Shown here: positions 38,488-48,168 of the stretch, in pieces | Numbering within the stretch: the first letter of the stretch is position 1 | How the letters are laid out: each line of letters starts with the position of its first letter | Assembly (NCBI GenBank): GCA_013815345.1 | Contig: JACDGK010000001.1 | Location: 102,434-166,433, forward strand | From: Patescibacteria group bacterium | Lineage (GTDB): Bacteria; Patescibacteriota; Minisyncoccia; Phycocordibacterales; Phycocordibacteraceae | Length of the DNA: 64,000 nt | Reading direction: 5' to 3' | Program-made: the position numbers and the translations under genes | The notes under the pieces: model-generated | Databases searched by the model: none | The model's input: only the letters and a program-made list of their open reading frames with translations | Told to the model about the DNA's origin: nothing

Positions 38488-38514
38488 AAAATAATAATCC
38501 TATTTTAGCATATA

Positions 38515-38805
38515 TTAAAATTCACTCCTAAGTACACCGACGACCTTTCCTTGTATTTCCACATTAGTTTCATAAAAAGGCTTCATTGTATGGTTTGCCG
38601 GAACAAGTTTGATCCGATTTTTCTCTCTATAAATCTTTTTTAGCGTAACTTCATTTCTGTCCGGCATATACGCGACTGCTTTTTCTCCATCATCAACAGT
38701 CGGCTGTTCTCGCACTATCACAATATCGCCATCCGATATTCCTTCTTCAATCATACTTCTTCCAGATACCTTGAGTGCGTAGTGATTAAACCCTCGCGAA
38801 AGCAT
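38515..38805 (-). CDS. S24-family peptidase domain protein (LexA C-terminal/UmuD'-like) lacking a DNA-binding domain
   Basis: Ser-Lys dyad context KVSGRSM...GDIVIV...K. The in-frame sequence upstream (..PAGGPIEAIRDPEPIEV..) looks like a LexA/UmuD cleavage-site region but has no start codon. Confidence 0.7.
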   Translation of the reverse strand: MLSRGFNHYALKVSGRSMIEEGISDGDIVIVREQPTVDDGEKAVAYMPDRNEVTLKKIYREKNRIKLVPANHTMKPFYETNVEIQGKVVGVLRSEF

Positions 38806-39030
38806 ACTACGTGGAACTTCTATCGGTTCGGGGTCTCTGATTGCCTCAATCGGCCCTCCTGCGGGCGAGAAGACAGCCGAGGCAGAGCGAATCCTTTCCC
38901 CCAGACAGATTGTTTCGCTCTGCCGAGTCCGAATTATTAGTTTTAATCATCAGGATTTTGTCCGAAATACATTCGAACTTTGTCCAATACACACCGCCAA
39001 GAAAACTTAGTATCGGCTGACCCTAGTGCC

Positions 39031-39273
39031 TTACTCTACCTGTACATCTTTGAGCAAATCTATACGCTCAATAATGAGCATCTCCATCTTCTTTATAGAA
39101 TTACAAATGATTCTAGCGAGCTCCTTGTCTTTATCCATTTTTTGCTTCGAAAGAGACACTTCCAAAATCTGCGCGTAGCAATATATCACGCTCAGGTCAT
39201 TCCGAAGATCATGAGCGAGACGAGGGAGTCCATCAGCTTCATTCTTACCTAAATTGGATTGATCATCTTCCAT
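39031..39273 (-). CDS. HisKA-only protein (dimerisation/phosphoacceptor domain with no ATPase)
   Basis: H-box LAHDLRNDLSVI followed by a helical bundle. 80 aa with no HATPase_c. It is in frame with the upstream receiver gene across a single TAG. Confidence 0.6.
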   Translation of the reverse strand: MEDDQSNLGKNEADGLPRLAHDLRNDLSVIYCYAQILEVSLSKQKMDKDKELARIICNSIKKMEMLIIERIDLLKDVQVE

Positions 39274-39282
39274 ATATCCTAT

Positions 39283-39639
39283 CTATAAAGCGTACTCTTT
39301 CACCCTTGCTAATAAGTCATTCATTTCAAAAGGTTTTGTCATGAATGCATCAGCCCCTGCCGCTCGCGCGGAATCTTCAACATCACGGCTAGCAGAAATC
39401 ATTACGATCGGAATATGCTTTGTTGATTTATTTGCTTTAAGTTTTTTACATATTTTCTTGCCATCTTGACCTGACATCCAAATATCTAGAAGCAGAAGAT
39501 CCGGTAATTGCTCTATCATTTCCTTAACCGTTACACCTTCAGCCGTGGTCTGTACCTCATACCCTTCAAGCTCTAGGAGCATTTTTGTGGCATCCAGAAT
39601 GGCTAGGTCATCATCGGCAAGTAGTATCTTTTTAGCCAT
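39283..39639 (-). CDS. single-domain response regulator (receiver only)
   Basis: DDD, LLLLDIWMSG, MIS, K motifs. 118 aa. Confidence 0.85.
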   Translation of the reverse strand: MAKKILLADDDLAILDATKMLLELEGYEVQTTAEGVTVKEMIEQLPDLLLLDIWMSGQDGKKICKKLKANKSTKHIPIVMISASRDVEDSARAAGADAFMTKPFEMNDLLARVKEYAL

Positions 39640-39643
39640 AGGT

Positions 39644-41719
39644 TTATGCGTGTATCGCTTTCTTTATCGGGATACTAAAAGAAAAAGTCGAACCTTCTCC
39701 TTTGACGCTTTCGACCCAGATCTTACCCACTTCCCGCTTTACGATCTCACTTGAAATGTATAGACCAAGTCCGAGACCCGGGAAAGTCTCGCTTGTAGGC
39801 CCATCGACTCGGAAAAATTGCTCAAAGACCTGATCGATATTCTCTTTGGCGATGCCTAATCCGAAATCCTGAACGGAAAGAGTCGTCACTTTGCCCTTAG
39901 AGAAGGTTGAAACAATAATTTTCTTACCATTTGGGGAGTACTTTATTGCGTTTGTAATAAAATTCGTCAGAACTTGTCCCAGCCTTTCTCGGTCGCCATA
40001 TACTTTTTTCATTGAAGTGAGGACCACGATTATTTTATGTTTTTCTGACAATCGTTGCATTTCTTCCACTCTTTCGTTAACGAGTTCGTTAAAATCGAAA
40101 TAGTCTTCATGAAATTGCAATTGGCCGGAATTAATTTTGGTTACATCTAATAGATCGGCGATCAAGTCATTTAATCTGTTTATTTGAGTATCCATTTTAC
40201 TAAGCATTTCTGCCGCTTTGACGTCTCCTTTACTTTGAAAAATCTTCTCGAGGACTTGCCCATATGTCTTAATGCTCGTAACAGGAGTCTTGAGTTCATG
40301 CGATACAATACCTAGAAAACTGTCTTTCTGTTGCTCTAGTTCTTTTTGTTTCGTGATATCGCTTGCCGCACCAAACCACTCGATGATCTTTCCTTTCTTA
40401 TCAAGGATGGGTATAGCACGTGAAAATATCCATCCATACGTACCATCTACTTGCTTAATCTTGTATTCCAATTGGAAAAAGCTTTTTGTACGTATAGACT
40501 TTTTAATAGCCTCCTTGACCTGCAATTTATCGTCCGGATGTGTATATTTTTCTAACCAATTAGTAATGGGCTCCTCCGTATCGATAAGAAAATTTTTACC
40601 ACGAAGTTCCTGCATCTCTTTCCAATCAGGACTCATCCGATATACGACCTCCGACGTTGCATTAACAAGGGCACGAAAACGCTCTTCACTCTTTCTTACT
40701 TTCTCATCAGATTCTTTGCGAGCTGTAATATCACTGTAATTTATGACAATGGCTTTTACGTCCGGATCCTCCAACAAATTGGACATTACCGACTCTACCC
40801 AAATAGCGTACCCACCTTTATGCATAATCTGATATTTGGTTCGTTCTACACTTCCTGGTTTTTTAAGCAATTTTTCGAAAAGTTTGGTAACTAATTTTCG
40901 TTCATTGGGTGGCACTAATTCGAAAGGATTAGACAATTTTTTAAACTCTTCAGGTGTATAACCCATAACCTTCTTTGTCGACTCACTGGCGTGCAGGACC
41001 TTTCCTTTTCTGTCCACCAGAGCAATAGCATCTGCGTTTTTTTCAGTCAATACTCTAAATCGTTTTTCAGAAGAAGTTATTTCTTCCATAAAAAGATTGT
41101 GGTACGTGAATGCTATTTTCGAAGATAATATGTCGCAATAGCTGCCGATGATCTGGCTAAATTCGAATAAGTCTTGGGTGGAAAGTCCTTTGAGCAAACC
41201 TGTTTCTTCTAGTTTCTTCCAAATTGCTTGCTTCAAAAAAATGGTTCCATCGACCGCTTCCTCTATGGTAAGGCCATCCTTGTTCGCATCTGTTGCGACT
41301 TCTATGCCAAGATCCTGGAAGATTTTAGTCCCTTTTTCGAAATCATCAAGATTATTCGCAATGGCTCTAATCATCTTGGTATGAATCTTCCTATACTTAG
41401 TGACATGTTCTTTAGGCAGAGAATCGCCACCGATAAGATGCGTATGCTGGGAAGTAGCCGATGTTTGTATGGCGATCTCATTCGCCTTAAGAAGTTGTTT
41501 TATCTTGGTAAATTTTTTTTGCTCCTCTTTAATGCTTGGATTTGAGGTCAATTTGGACAATGCTTCTCTGGTAAATCGCCAATCGCCACGAGAACCGATC
41601 TTTACTCCATTAAGCTGGTTGGTTTTTGCCCACTTGCGTATAGTCGCAGGATTCACACCCAAAAAAGCTGCTGAGCGCTGAACATTAAGTAGCTTTGGTT
41701 CTATTTTATTTATTGACAT
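39644..41719 (-). CDS. sensor histidine kinase with an N-terminal excisionase/MerR-like HTH and tandem PAS domains
   Basis: HTH AAFLGVNPATIRKWAK, PAS repeats, H-box SHELKTPVTSI, HATPase G-boxes DFGLGI and GLGLYI. 691 aa. Confidence 0.9.
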   Translation of the reverse strand: MSINKIEPKLLNVQRSAAFLGVNPATIRKWAKTNQLNGVKIGSRGDWRFTREALSKLTSNPSIKEEQKKFTKIKQLLKANEIAIQTSATSQHTHLIGGDSLPKEHVTKYRKIHTKMIRAIANNLDDFEKGTKIFQDLGIEVATDANKDGLTIEEAVDGTIFLKQAIWKKLEETGLLKGLSTQDLFEFSQIIGSYCDILSSKIAFTYHNLFMEEITSSEKRFRVLTEKNADAIALVDRKGKVLHASESTKKVMGYTPEEFKKLSNPFELVPPNERKLVTKLFEKLLKKPGSVERTKYQIMHKGGYAIWVESVMSNLLEDPDVKAIVINYSDITARKESDEKVRKSEERFRALVNATSEVVYRMSPDWKEMQELRGKNFLIDTEEPITNWLEKYTHPDDKLQVKEAIKKSIRTKSFFQLEYKIKQVDGTYGWIFSRAIPILDKKGKIIEWFGAASDITKQKELEQQKDSFLGIVSHELKTPVTSIKTYGQVLEKIFQSKGDVKAAEMLSKMDTQINRLNDLIADLLDVTKINSGQLQFHEDYFDFNELVNERVEEMQRLSEKHKIIVVLTSMKKVYGDRERLGQVLTNFITNAIKYSPNGKKIIVSTFSKGKVTTLSVQDFGLGIAKENIDQVFEQFFRVDGPTSETFPGLGLGLYISSEIVKREVGKIWVESVKGEGSTFSFSIPIKKAIHA

Positions 41720-42078
41720 TTTATTTAATGCATATTTGCACGTATCTATAAGAAACTATCACTAACCGAGTGATTATCTGATGAAGTTATCTGAAATTAG
41801 ATTGAGCTCTCCTCACACACTTAAGATGAACAAATAGAACCTTACCTCGTCGAATGAGAACCCCTTTTCAGGAATAACACCCTTATTTTGTGTCCCATTT
41901 ATTCCAATCGTAAAAATTTCCTATTCCGACCCGGGTGCACCGCAACATATGTTTAGAAGAATCGATCGCTGCTATTTTATAAACTCAAGGAACTTTGGGT
42001 CGGGCATTGGAAATTGTGTAGCAGACACTCATGCCAGAAAACGGTAGCTTGTACGGGAATTTTATAGTAATTTAGAAT

Positions 42079-42372
42079 CTATTTAAAATAACTGATCAAC
42101 ATATCCAACCAGTCTTGTTTTGTGACCCGACCATGGGAGGTCTGGTACAGTATTCCCTGGTCATCTGGATTGTCTGATCCTGAACGGTACTGCCAGTACG
42201 TAAAACTTACGCCCTTTTGGTTAAAGAGACTTAATACGTCCCGCACATATTGCATCGCACCTGGGACCGCCGTATAAATGCCGATCTGGTTAGCGTACAC
42301 TGGCACATTATGCGCAGTCCTGAAGCTTGTCGCGCATGAAATCAAGCCACTAAGCCACGTCTGATTCATCAA
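42079..42372 (-). pseudogene. possible C-terminal remnant of a glycoside-hydrolase-like gene
   Basis: 97-aa ORF with a weak resemblance to a GH5-type C-terminus (YWQY, GILY). It has no upstream partner in frame. Confidence 0.3.
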
Positions 42373-42433
42373 AACATTGCCTCCTCTCCCAGGATAATTG
42401 CAGCTATTCGAACTGTCTCCTTGGTCGGTATAG

Positions 42434-42544
42434 GTGCCCGGATATCGTAAAGATTATTCTCCCGGATACTACGCAGCATTTGTGCATGATCTCGATGGTC
42501 ACAACATCGAAGTGGTCTTTCACGATCCCTCCCCGAGCGAGTGA
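42434..42544 (+). pseudogene. C-terminal remnant of a VOC/glyoxalase-family gene
   Basis: Short frame ..SPGYYAAFVHDLDGHNIEVVFHD.. matches a VOC C-terminus. There is a stop upstream, and a full paralog at 55828-56187. Confidence 0.4.
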
Positions 42545-42546
42545 CG

Positions 42547-42714
42547 CTACACGCCGAGATATTTACCAATCTTGAAGCCGGCCCAGATGCCAAAAAGTCC
42601 CCCGACGGCCGTGAGGATAACACCCGTAAAAGAAAAGTAGCTGCCCCAAAGATAAGGAATGGCACCTCCGACAGTCGAGCCGATAAAAAGCCCTCCCCAA
42701 ATAAAACGTTTCAT
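42547..42714 (-). CDS. small hydrophobic membrane peptide (55 aa)
   Basis: MKRFIWGGLFIGSTVGGAIPYLWGSYFSFTGVILTAVGGLFGIWAGFKIGKYLGV: two TM helices with GxxxG motifs. It is below the track's length cutoff. Confidence 0.4.
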   Translation of the reverse strand: MKRFIWGGLFIGSTVGGAIPYLWGSYFSFTGVILTAVGGLFGIWAGFKIGKYLGV

Positions 42715-42787
42715 TCTGAAAATTATAGCCTATAAAAGAACACCGGCGCAAAGCGCCGGTGTTCTTTTGAATTGAACAAATCTTAAT

Positions 42788-43315
42788 TTACCGCACTGTT
42801 GGAATTGGTCTTCCATCTGGCAAATGTCCGCGTACGTTTGGCTCGTCATACGGGCCTCCTTCCAAAATTGCTGTGGGTAAAGTGCCGGTTCGCACGCTGT
42901 GAGCAAAAATCGAGCCATCCTCATTCATCGTTCCTACGACAAATACTTGTTCACCAACCGAAAGCTGATCTGAGCTGATTGTCGTCGGGGTTGAAGACGC
43001 CGTCGCGAAATGTTGAATGGTCGTTGTCGCAGAAACGGTGACTACTTTTGTCGTATCGTCAGAGAACGTAAGGATAAATCCATTATCATTGAAGATTTCA
43101 ATCGATCCTCGTACATACCCGCTAGAATTTCCAATAGTATTTTCTTCCGAAAGATAATTTGTCGGTGCAGGAGACGTCAGAGCTTGTCCGAATCCGAGTC
43201 CTGTTGCTACCTGCGGGTTAGAAAATACATACAGTATCGCAGCCACAATGAGTAGCAGGAGAACAAGAATGCTGATAACTATCTGTGGTCTTTTCATGGT
43301 GCGAGCCACGAACAC
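42788..43315 (-). CDS. membrane-anchored hypothetical protein
   Basis: N-terminal TM helix and a Thr/Ser-rich extracellular part. Confidence 0.55.
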   Translation of the reverse strand: MFVARTMKRPQIVISILVLLLLIVAAILYVFSNPQVATGLGFGQALTSPAPTNYLSEENTIGNSSGYVRGSIEIFNDNGFILTFSDDTTKVVTVSATTTIQHFATASSTPTTISSDQLSVGEQVFVVGTMNEDGSIFAHSVRTGTLPTAILEGGPYDEPNVRGHLPDGRPIPTVR

Positions 43316-43334
43316 CCACCATTAGGAATAGTTA

Positions 43335-44006
43335 TTACGGAGTGGTAGTGCGCAGCGTTCGTACCATCATATTAACACTAGTCGCATTACTGATGTTACC
43401 TGAAGTATCCTTCACGCCCATCGCTACGATTTTCTGACCAACGGCTAGATCGTTTACGGTATCTGACTGACCGTTCTTTTTATAGATGGTTGCTCCATTT
43501 GTGGTAACCGTAACAGTCGTTGGGGTGCCTTTCTTTAGATGACGAGTAAGTGTAATGCTCGACCCATTGATGCTTGAGATAGTGCCCAGCGTAGCATTCG
43601 GAAGTTTCTGATGCGTTCTCGTGGCAGGAATACCATCGGCAATTCTTTTTGCTACTACCGAAGTCCCGGTTACCGCACCCTTTACTGCGACGGTATCATT
43701 TACGGCAATACCCGAGACGGCAAGCGGCGCTGCAGTCGTGCCGTATCCCTTTTGAATTTTCGCTTTTGAAGCGTCAACGGCATAGGTAGTGCCATCTTTC
43801 CCCGCAACCGTGAGAGAGGAGCCGTTCACCGCGGTAACGGTGCCGATAACACCGGCGCGTTTATAAAAACCTGCTTTCCTCATCTGATGACTTGGATGCT
43901 GAGTTATGGAGGGATTTGCTGTTGGGGTGTCAGCGAACGCTGGCATCGCGAGTAAAAACGAGACCGCGGCTGCACCGCCGGCGGCTAAGATTTGTTTTTT
44001 GTTCAT
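43335..44006 (-). CDS. secreted repeat protein (DUF5666-like)
   Basis: Signal peptide. Repeated unit GTVTAVNGSSLTV..DGTTY.V / GTISSINGSSITL. Confidence 0.55.
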   Translation of the reverse strand: MNKKQILAAGGAAAVSFLLAMPAFADTPTANPSITQHPSHQMRKAGFYKRAGVIGTVTAVNGSSLTVAGKDGTTYAVDASKAKIQKGYGTTAAPLAVSGIAVNDTVAVKGAVTGTSVVAKRIADGIPATRTHQKLPNATLGTISSINGSSITLTRHLKKGTPTTVTVTTNGATIYKKNGQSDTVNDLAVGQKIVAMGVKDTSGNISNATSVNMMVRTLRTTTP

Positions 44007-44126
44007 AGTGTTGAAGTTACAAAGGAATTAACAAAGAGATTAACGAGACGAGCATATAGGGCACTTTTGCCCATACCCTACTACTACGCATTGAACACGC
44101 GAAGTGGTGCATGGCATACTGGAAAT

Positions 44127-44585
44127 ATGGATGTAGACCTTAAAGAGCCTAAACGAAGGCGTTCTGCGGGAGGCGTGGTTATCGGCGACGGAGGAACTAT
44201 TGCCTTAGTTCGCAGTCACCGTGGGAAAGGATGGACCTTCCCCAAAGGGCATATTGATGGTGACGAAACAGATGAAGAAGCTGCTCTCAGGGAAATAAAA
44301 GAGGAGTGCGGTATACATGATCTCGAATTCGTCGACGATCTTGGCACCTATGAACGGTATCGTATTGGAAAAGAAGGTACGGATGATGATTTCTCTGAAT
44401 TCAAAGAAATTCATTTATTTCTTTTTGCTGCGCCCGCACATAGCGCACTCATTCCAAGCATGGAAATAGAAGAGGCAAAATGGATTCCCTTCCGGGAAGT
44501 TGCAGAAGTACTAACGCATCCGAAGGAAAAAGTGTGGTTCGCGTCAGTATTCACTCGCGTGCGCGAAGCGATTCAAAGAGATTAA
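44127..44585 (+). CDS. NUDIX hydrolase
   Basis: Nudix box GHIDGDETDEEAALREIKEECGI. The start is taken at the internal Met. Confidence 0.8.
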   Translation: MDVDLKEPKRRRSAGGVVIGDGGTIALVRSHRGKGWTFPKGHIDGDETDEEAALREIKEECGIHDLEFVDDLGTYERYRIGKEGTDDDFSEFKEIHLFLFAAPAHSALIPSMEIEEAKWIPFREVAEVLTHPKEKVWFASVFTRVREAIQRD

Positions 44586-44651
44586 TTGGAATGAGAAAAA
44601 GAAAGGTGCGTGGTTAGGAGGTCAGTATGTCGCGCTCTATACTGGAAGCAC

Positions 44652-46817
44652 ATGGGAGAGAATGATCCGATCACAAAGCATTTTACGCGCCTTCGCGCTG
44701 ACCAGAAAACGGCGCTTGCAAAGCTTGGCATCCATACAGTACGCGATCTGTTGTATCACTTTCCTGCCCGCTATGAATCAGCGGGTCCGACTGGCACTAT
44801 CGCAAGCGCGACGCCGGGCACCGATGTAACCTTATACGGAACTATTCGTAAACCAGAAACGCGCAAAGCATGGAAAAGCCGTCGGCCGATCGCTGAGGCC
44901 TGGCTTGAAGATGCATCGGGAAAAATAAAGATCATGTGGTTCAATCAGCCCTATATAGCGAAGACATTGAACGATGGCATGGTAGTACGCGCAACTGGTC
45001 GCATGGCGGGCACTGCAGAGAAAGCCTATCTAGCCAACCCGGAAATTGATCGTTCACCGATTTCCCCAGAAGATGTGCATGATTCTCTTTTTTCAAGCGC
45101 AAAAACATTTGCTGATCAAACACTGTATGCAATTTATCCTGAAAGCAAAGGGGTTTCATCGCTATGGTTCTTGCACGCGTTAAAAAAAGTATTCGAGTCA
45201 CGCGTGCACGAAACAATCGAGGATCCAATTCCTTCAGAGATTCTTGAGAGATACAACTTGCCGATACTTTCAACAGCACTTGTTTGGATGCACGCACCGA
45301 AAACGAAATCAAACGCTGATGCGGCGAGAAAACGATTCGCCTTCGAAGAAGTATTTCTCTTGCAACTCTCACTCGCAGAGTCACGACGTGAAGTTGCTCG
45401 GGAAAAAGCATTACCCGTAACGGTAAATAGGACTGAGCTCGCTGAATTCGTACGGTCATTTCCTTTTCCTCCCACAGACGCGCAGACGAAATCGATCAAT
45501 GACGTGCTCGATGATTTCGAAAAGCCGCACCCAATGCGTCGATTGCTTGAAGGCGATGTGGGCAGTGGAAAGACGGCGGTCGCTGCCGCGACCGCTTATT
45601 TAGTCGCCACGTCACGCCCGCCTAACCGGAAGTCGGGCACCCTTCAAGTCGCCTATATGTGCCCGACCGAAATACTAGCGAAGCAACATTTTTCTACCTT
45701 TGTTTCGTATTTTAAAGATCATCCTATTCCGATAGGACTTATTACCGGAAGCGAGTGCCGCAAATTTCCCTCGAAGATTAATCGTGAACTCTCAACGAAA
45801 ATTTCTCGTGCGCAGTTTAGGAAATGGGTGGCGAACGGTGAAATACCGATCGTCATCGGTACGCATGCACTTATACAAAAAACGCTCGAGTTCAAAACTC
45901 TCGCGTACGCGATCATCGATGAACAACACCGCTTCGGAAAAGTTGCGCGTCACAGCCTCGCGCAAAAAAGCGGCCTTTCACCGCACCTACTCTCCATGAC
46001 CGCCACACCGATTCCACGAACCCTTGCGCTCACTATCTACGGCGATTTGGACCTCTCCTTGCTTGACCAAATGCCCGTAGGCCGCAAGCCAATCCTCACT
46101 CAGATAGTGGGTCCGGAAAAACGCGTTGAGGCCTACGCGCGGGTACGCGAAGAATTACAGAATGGACGGCAAGCGTACGTCATCTGTCCCCGCATTGACG
46201 AACCGGATCCGACTAAAGAACTCGCCATTCAAGCAAAGTCCGTAAAGGCTGAGGCTGAGCGACTCACGAAAGAAGTTTTCCCTGAATTCTCACTCGATAT
46301 TCTCCACAGTAAAATGACACCAACGCAAAAAGAAGAAACGATGCGAGCGTTTGAAGACGGTGAGACGCAGATACTTGTCGCAACATCCGTCGTTGAGGTC
46401 GGAGTGAATGTTCCAAATGCGACCGTCATCTTAATAGAAGGCGCCGAGCGCTTCGGACTCGCGCAGCTGCATCAGCTGCGCGGGCGTGTCATTCGTTCTA
46501 ATAATCAAGCCTATTGTTTCGTACTCCCCGAAAAGCTTGGGCCAGCAACAAAAGATCGCCTCAAGGCACTCGCGACTGCTAAAAATGGCTTCGAGCTCGC
46601 CGAAGCAGATCTCCTCAACCGTGGCTCCGGAGAATTCTATGGTCGCCGGCAATGGGGCATCTCCGACATCACCATGGAAGCTATCAAGAATCTCAAGCTT
46701 GTTGAGGCTGCGCGAACTGAGTCCGCAAAGCTCATAAAAACTGATCCCGAATTAACAAAACATCCTCTTCTGAAAAAACTTATTGCGGGAAAAGCCGAAC
46801 GTATTCACATCGAGTAA
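44652..46817 (+). CDS. recG: ATP-dependent DNA helicase RecG
   Basis: Wedge domain, helicase motifs GDVGSGKT, DEQHRFG, SMTATPIPRT, QLRGRVIR. Confidence 0.9.
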   Translation: MGENDPITKHFTRLRADQKTALAKLGIHTVRDLLYHFPARYESAGPTGTIASATPGTDVTLYGTIRKPETRKAWKSRRPIAEAWLEDASGKIKIMWFNQPYIAKTLNDGMVVRATGRMAGTAEKAYLANPEIDRSPISPEDVHDSLFSSAKTFADQTLYAIYPESKGVSSLWFLHALKKVFESRVHETIEDPIPSEILERYNLPILSTALVWMHAPKTKSNADAARKRFAFEEVFLLQLSLAESRREVAREKALPVTVNRTELAEFVRSFPFPPTDAQTKSINDVLDDFEKPHPMRRLLEGDVGSGKTAVAAATAYLVATSRPPNRKSGTLQVAYMCPTEILAKQHFSTFVSYFKDHPIPIGLITGSECRKFPSKINRELSTKISRAQFRKWVANGEIPIVIGTHALIQKTLEFKTLAYAIIDEQHRFGKVARHSLAQKSGLSPHLLSMTATPIPRTLALTIYGDLDLSLLDQMPVGRKPILTQIVGPEKRVEAYARVREELQNGRQAYVICPRIDEPDPTKELAIQAKSVKAEAERLTKEVFPEFSLDILHSKMTPTQKEETMRAFEDGETQILVATSVVEVGVNVPNATVILIEGAERFGLAQLHQLRGRVIRSNNQAYCFVLPEKLGPATKDRLKALATAKNGFELAEADLLNRGSGEFYGRRQWGISDITMEAIKNLKLVEAARTESAKLIKTDPELTKHPLLKKLIAGKAERIHIE

Positions 46818-46954
46818 TAAAAAGAAAAAGTCGCAACGATCTGTTGCCGTTAACCTCTTTCAAAGTACCGTCTTCCTTTTTATTGACCAAATGGTACATT
46901 CCAGCGAGATACTTCTGCACATATCTACGATCTTTCACACTAGAGGAGACCGTC

Positions 46955-48064
46955 ATGGCCCAAGAAATCAGCGTTCCTCATTTCGATACCCATATTCACG
47001 CCCGCGTTGGCGAAGTTATGGAAACGATTCTTCCAGAGGCAGCTAAACGCATGTGCGGAGGATGTGCCGAACCGAATACAAGAAACCCTACGCTCGGAAC
47101 CCGCCATATCCTGACCTGCGACGATGCGGAAAACTATGTCGGGGATATGGATAACGTCGCTCCCGGACGTATGTGGTGTACTAGCATCTATCTGACACCA
47201 CGCACATCATTTCATGAAGTTTCGGGGGCGTTCGAACAGGGTCTCATCAGCCACGTCAAAGGATACCCTCCCCACGGCACGACTTTCGCGGATGAGAGTG
47301 TTCCGCCGGAAATGCTGCTCGATATCAACAGTGGCCCCGGCAAGCTTTTGTGCGGTCTCGCAGAACGGGGAATTCCTTACAAGAGTCACGGGGAGGTCGT
47401 TGCGATGAATGGCAAGTTCGTTCATCCGCAAAGGCGTGAGGGTCTTTGGTATCGAGATGTGCAGCCGCGTATCGATGATCTCTACCGCTCTCGTGGTTTG
47501 CGCCAGATACACGCGCACATTACTTCGAGCGAAGCGGCATCTTACATGGAATGCAATGGGAATCCTGACTCGTGCGTCTGTGAGATCACCGGCCACCACC
47601 TGATCGATGATTGGAGTCTGCAATACGACGGCGGTTTCCTCCTCCCTGATAACCACTGGCTGCCTGTCTCGAAAGACGAGGTGAACACGGAAAGTCTGCG
47701 GGCTCTACTTCGCGCTCGATATTCTTTTGTGCACGCTGGAAGCGATATGGCAGGCCATGACACCAAGCGTAAGTACGCGGCCAAGGCGTTTGGTGGTGGC
47801 TACACCTATCATTGTTCGCTGGAACTCTACGTTCAAGTGCTTGACGAGCTCGACGTATTGGATTTTGCACAGGATTTCCTGTACGGCAACGCAAAGCGTT
47901 TTCATGGCACGCTCGTTCCTCATAATCCCGAACCCTTCAGACTTGTGCGTGAAGACTGGACGGTTAACGAACGTACGAAATACGGTGGTGGCGAGATGAC
48001 GCCGTTTGGATACGACGATGATCTCAAGAAGCGTCGCGTCTTTACGTGGAAGCTGGTTGTGTGA
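46955..48064 (+). CDS. metal-dependent amidohydrolase-superfamily protein
   Basis: N-terminal HFDTHIH (HxH metal ligands) with later H and D ligands. The start is taken at the internal Met. Confidence 0.55.
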   Translation: MAQEISVPHFDTHIHARVGEVMETILPEAAKRMCGGCAEPNTRNPTLGTRHILTCDDAENYVGDMDNVAPGRMWCTSIYLTPRTSFHEVSGAFEQGLISHVKGYPPHGTTFADESVPPEMLLDINSGPGKLLCGLAERGIPYKSHGEVVAMNGKFVHPQRREGLWYRDVQPRIDDLYRSRGLRQIHAHITSSEAASYMECNGNPDSCVCEITGHHLIDDWSLQYDGGFLLPDNHWLPVSKDEVNTESLRALLRARYSFVHAGSDMAGHDTKRKYAAKAFGGGYTYHCSLELYVQVLDELDVLDFAQDFLYGNAKRFHGTLVPHNPEPFRLVREDWTVNERTKYGGGEMTPFGYDDDLKKRRVFTWKLVV

Positions 48065-48168
48065 TACGACGACGATAGTGATCCGTGTGAAGCTTTGCTT
48101 CACACGGATTTTTCATTTTTTACCATCTTGTTTACACCCGTCGTCAGGCAGGATATGGTACACACACG

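Noticed and set aside
42369-42735. Track ORFs 42369..42665(-) and 42541..42735(+)
   Set aside because: They have no motifs. They are better explained by a VOC C-terminal remnant on the plus strand and a 55-aa membrane peptide on the minus strand.
44941-45499. Two minus-strand ORFs (172 and 121 aa) inside recG
   Set aside because: They are antisense to a helicase with complete motifs.
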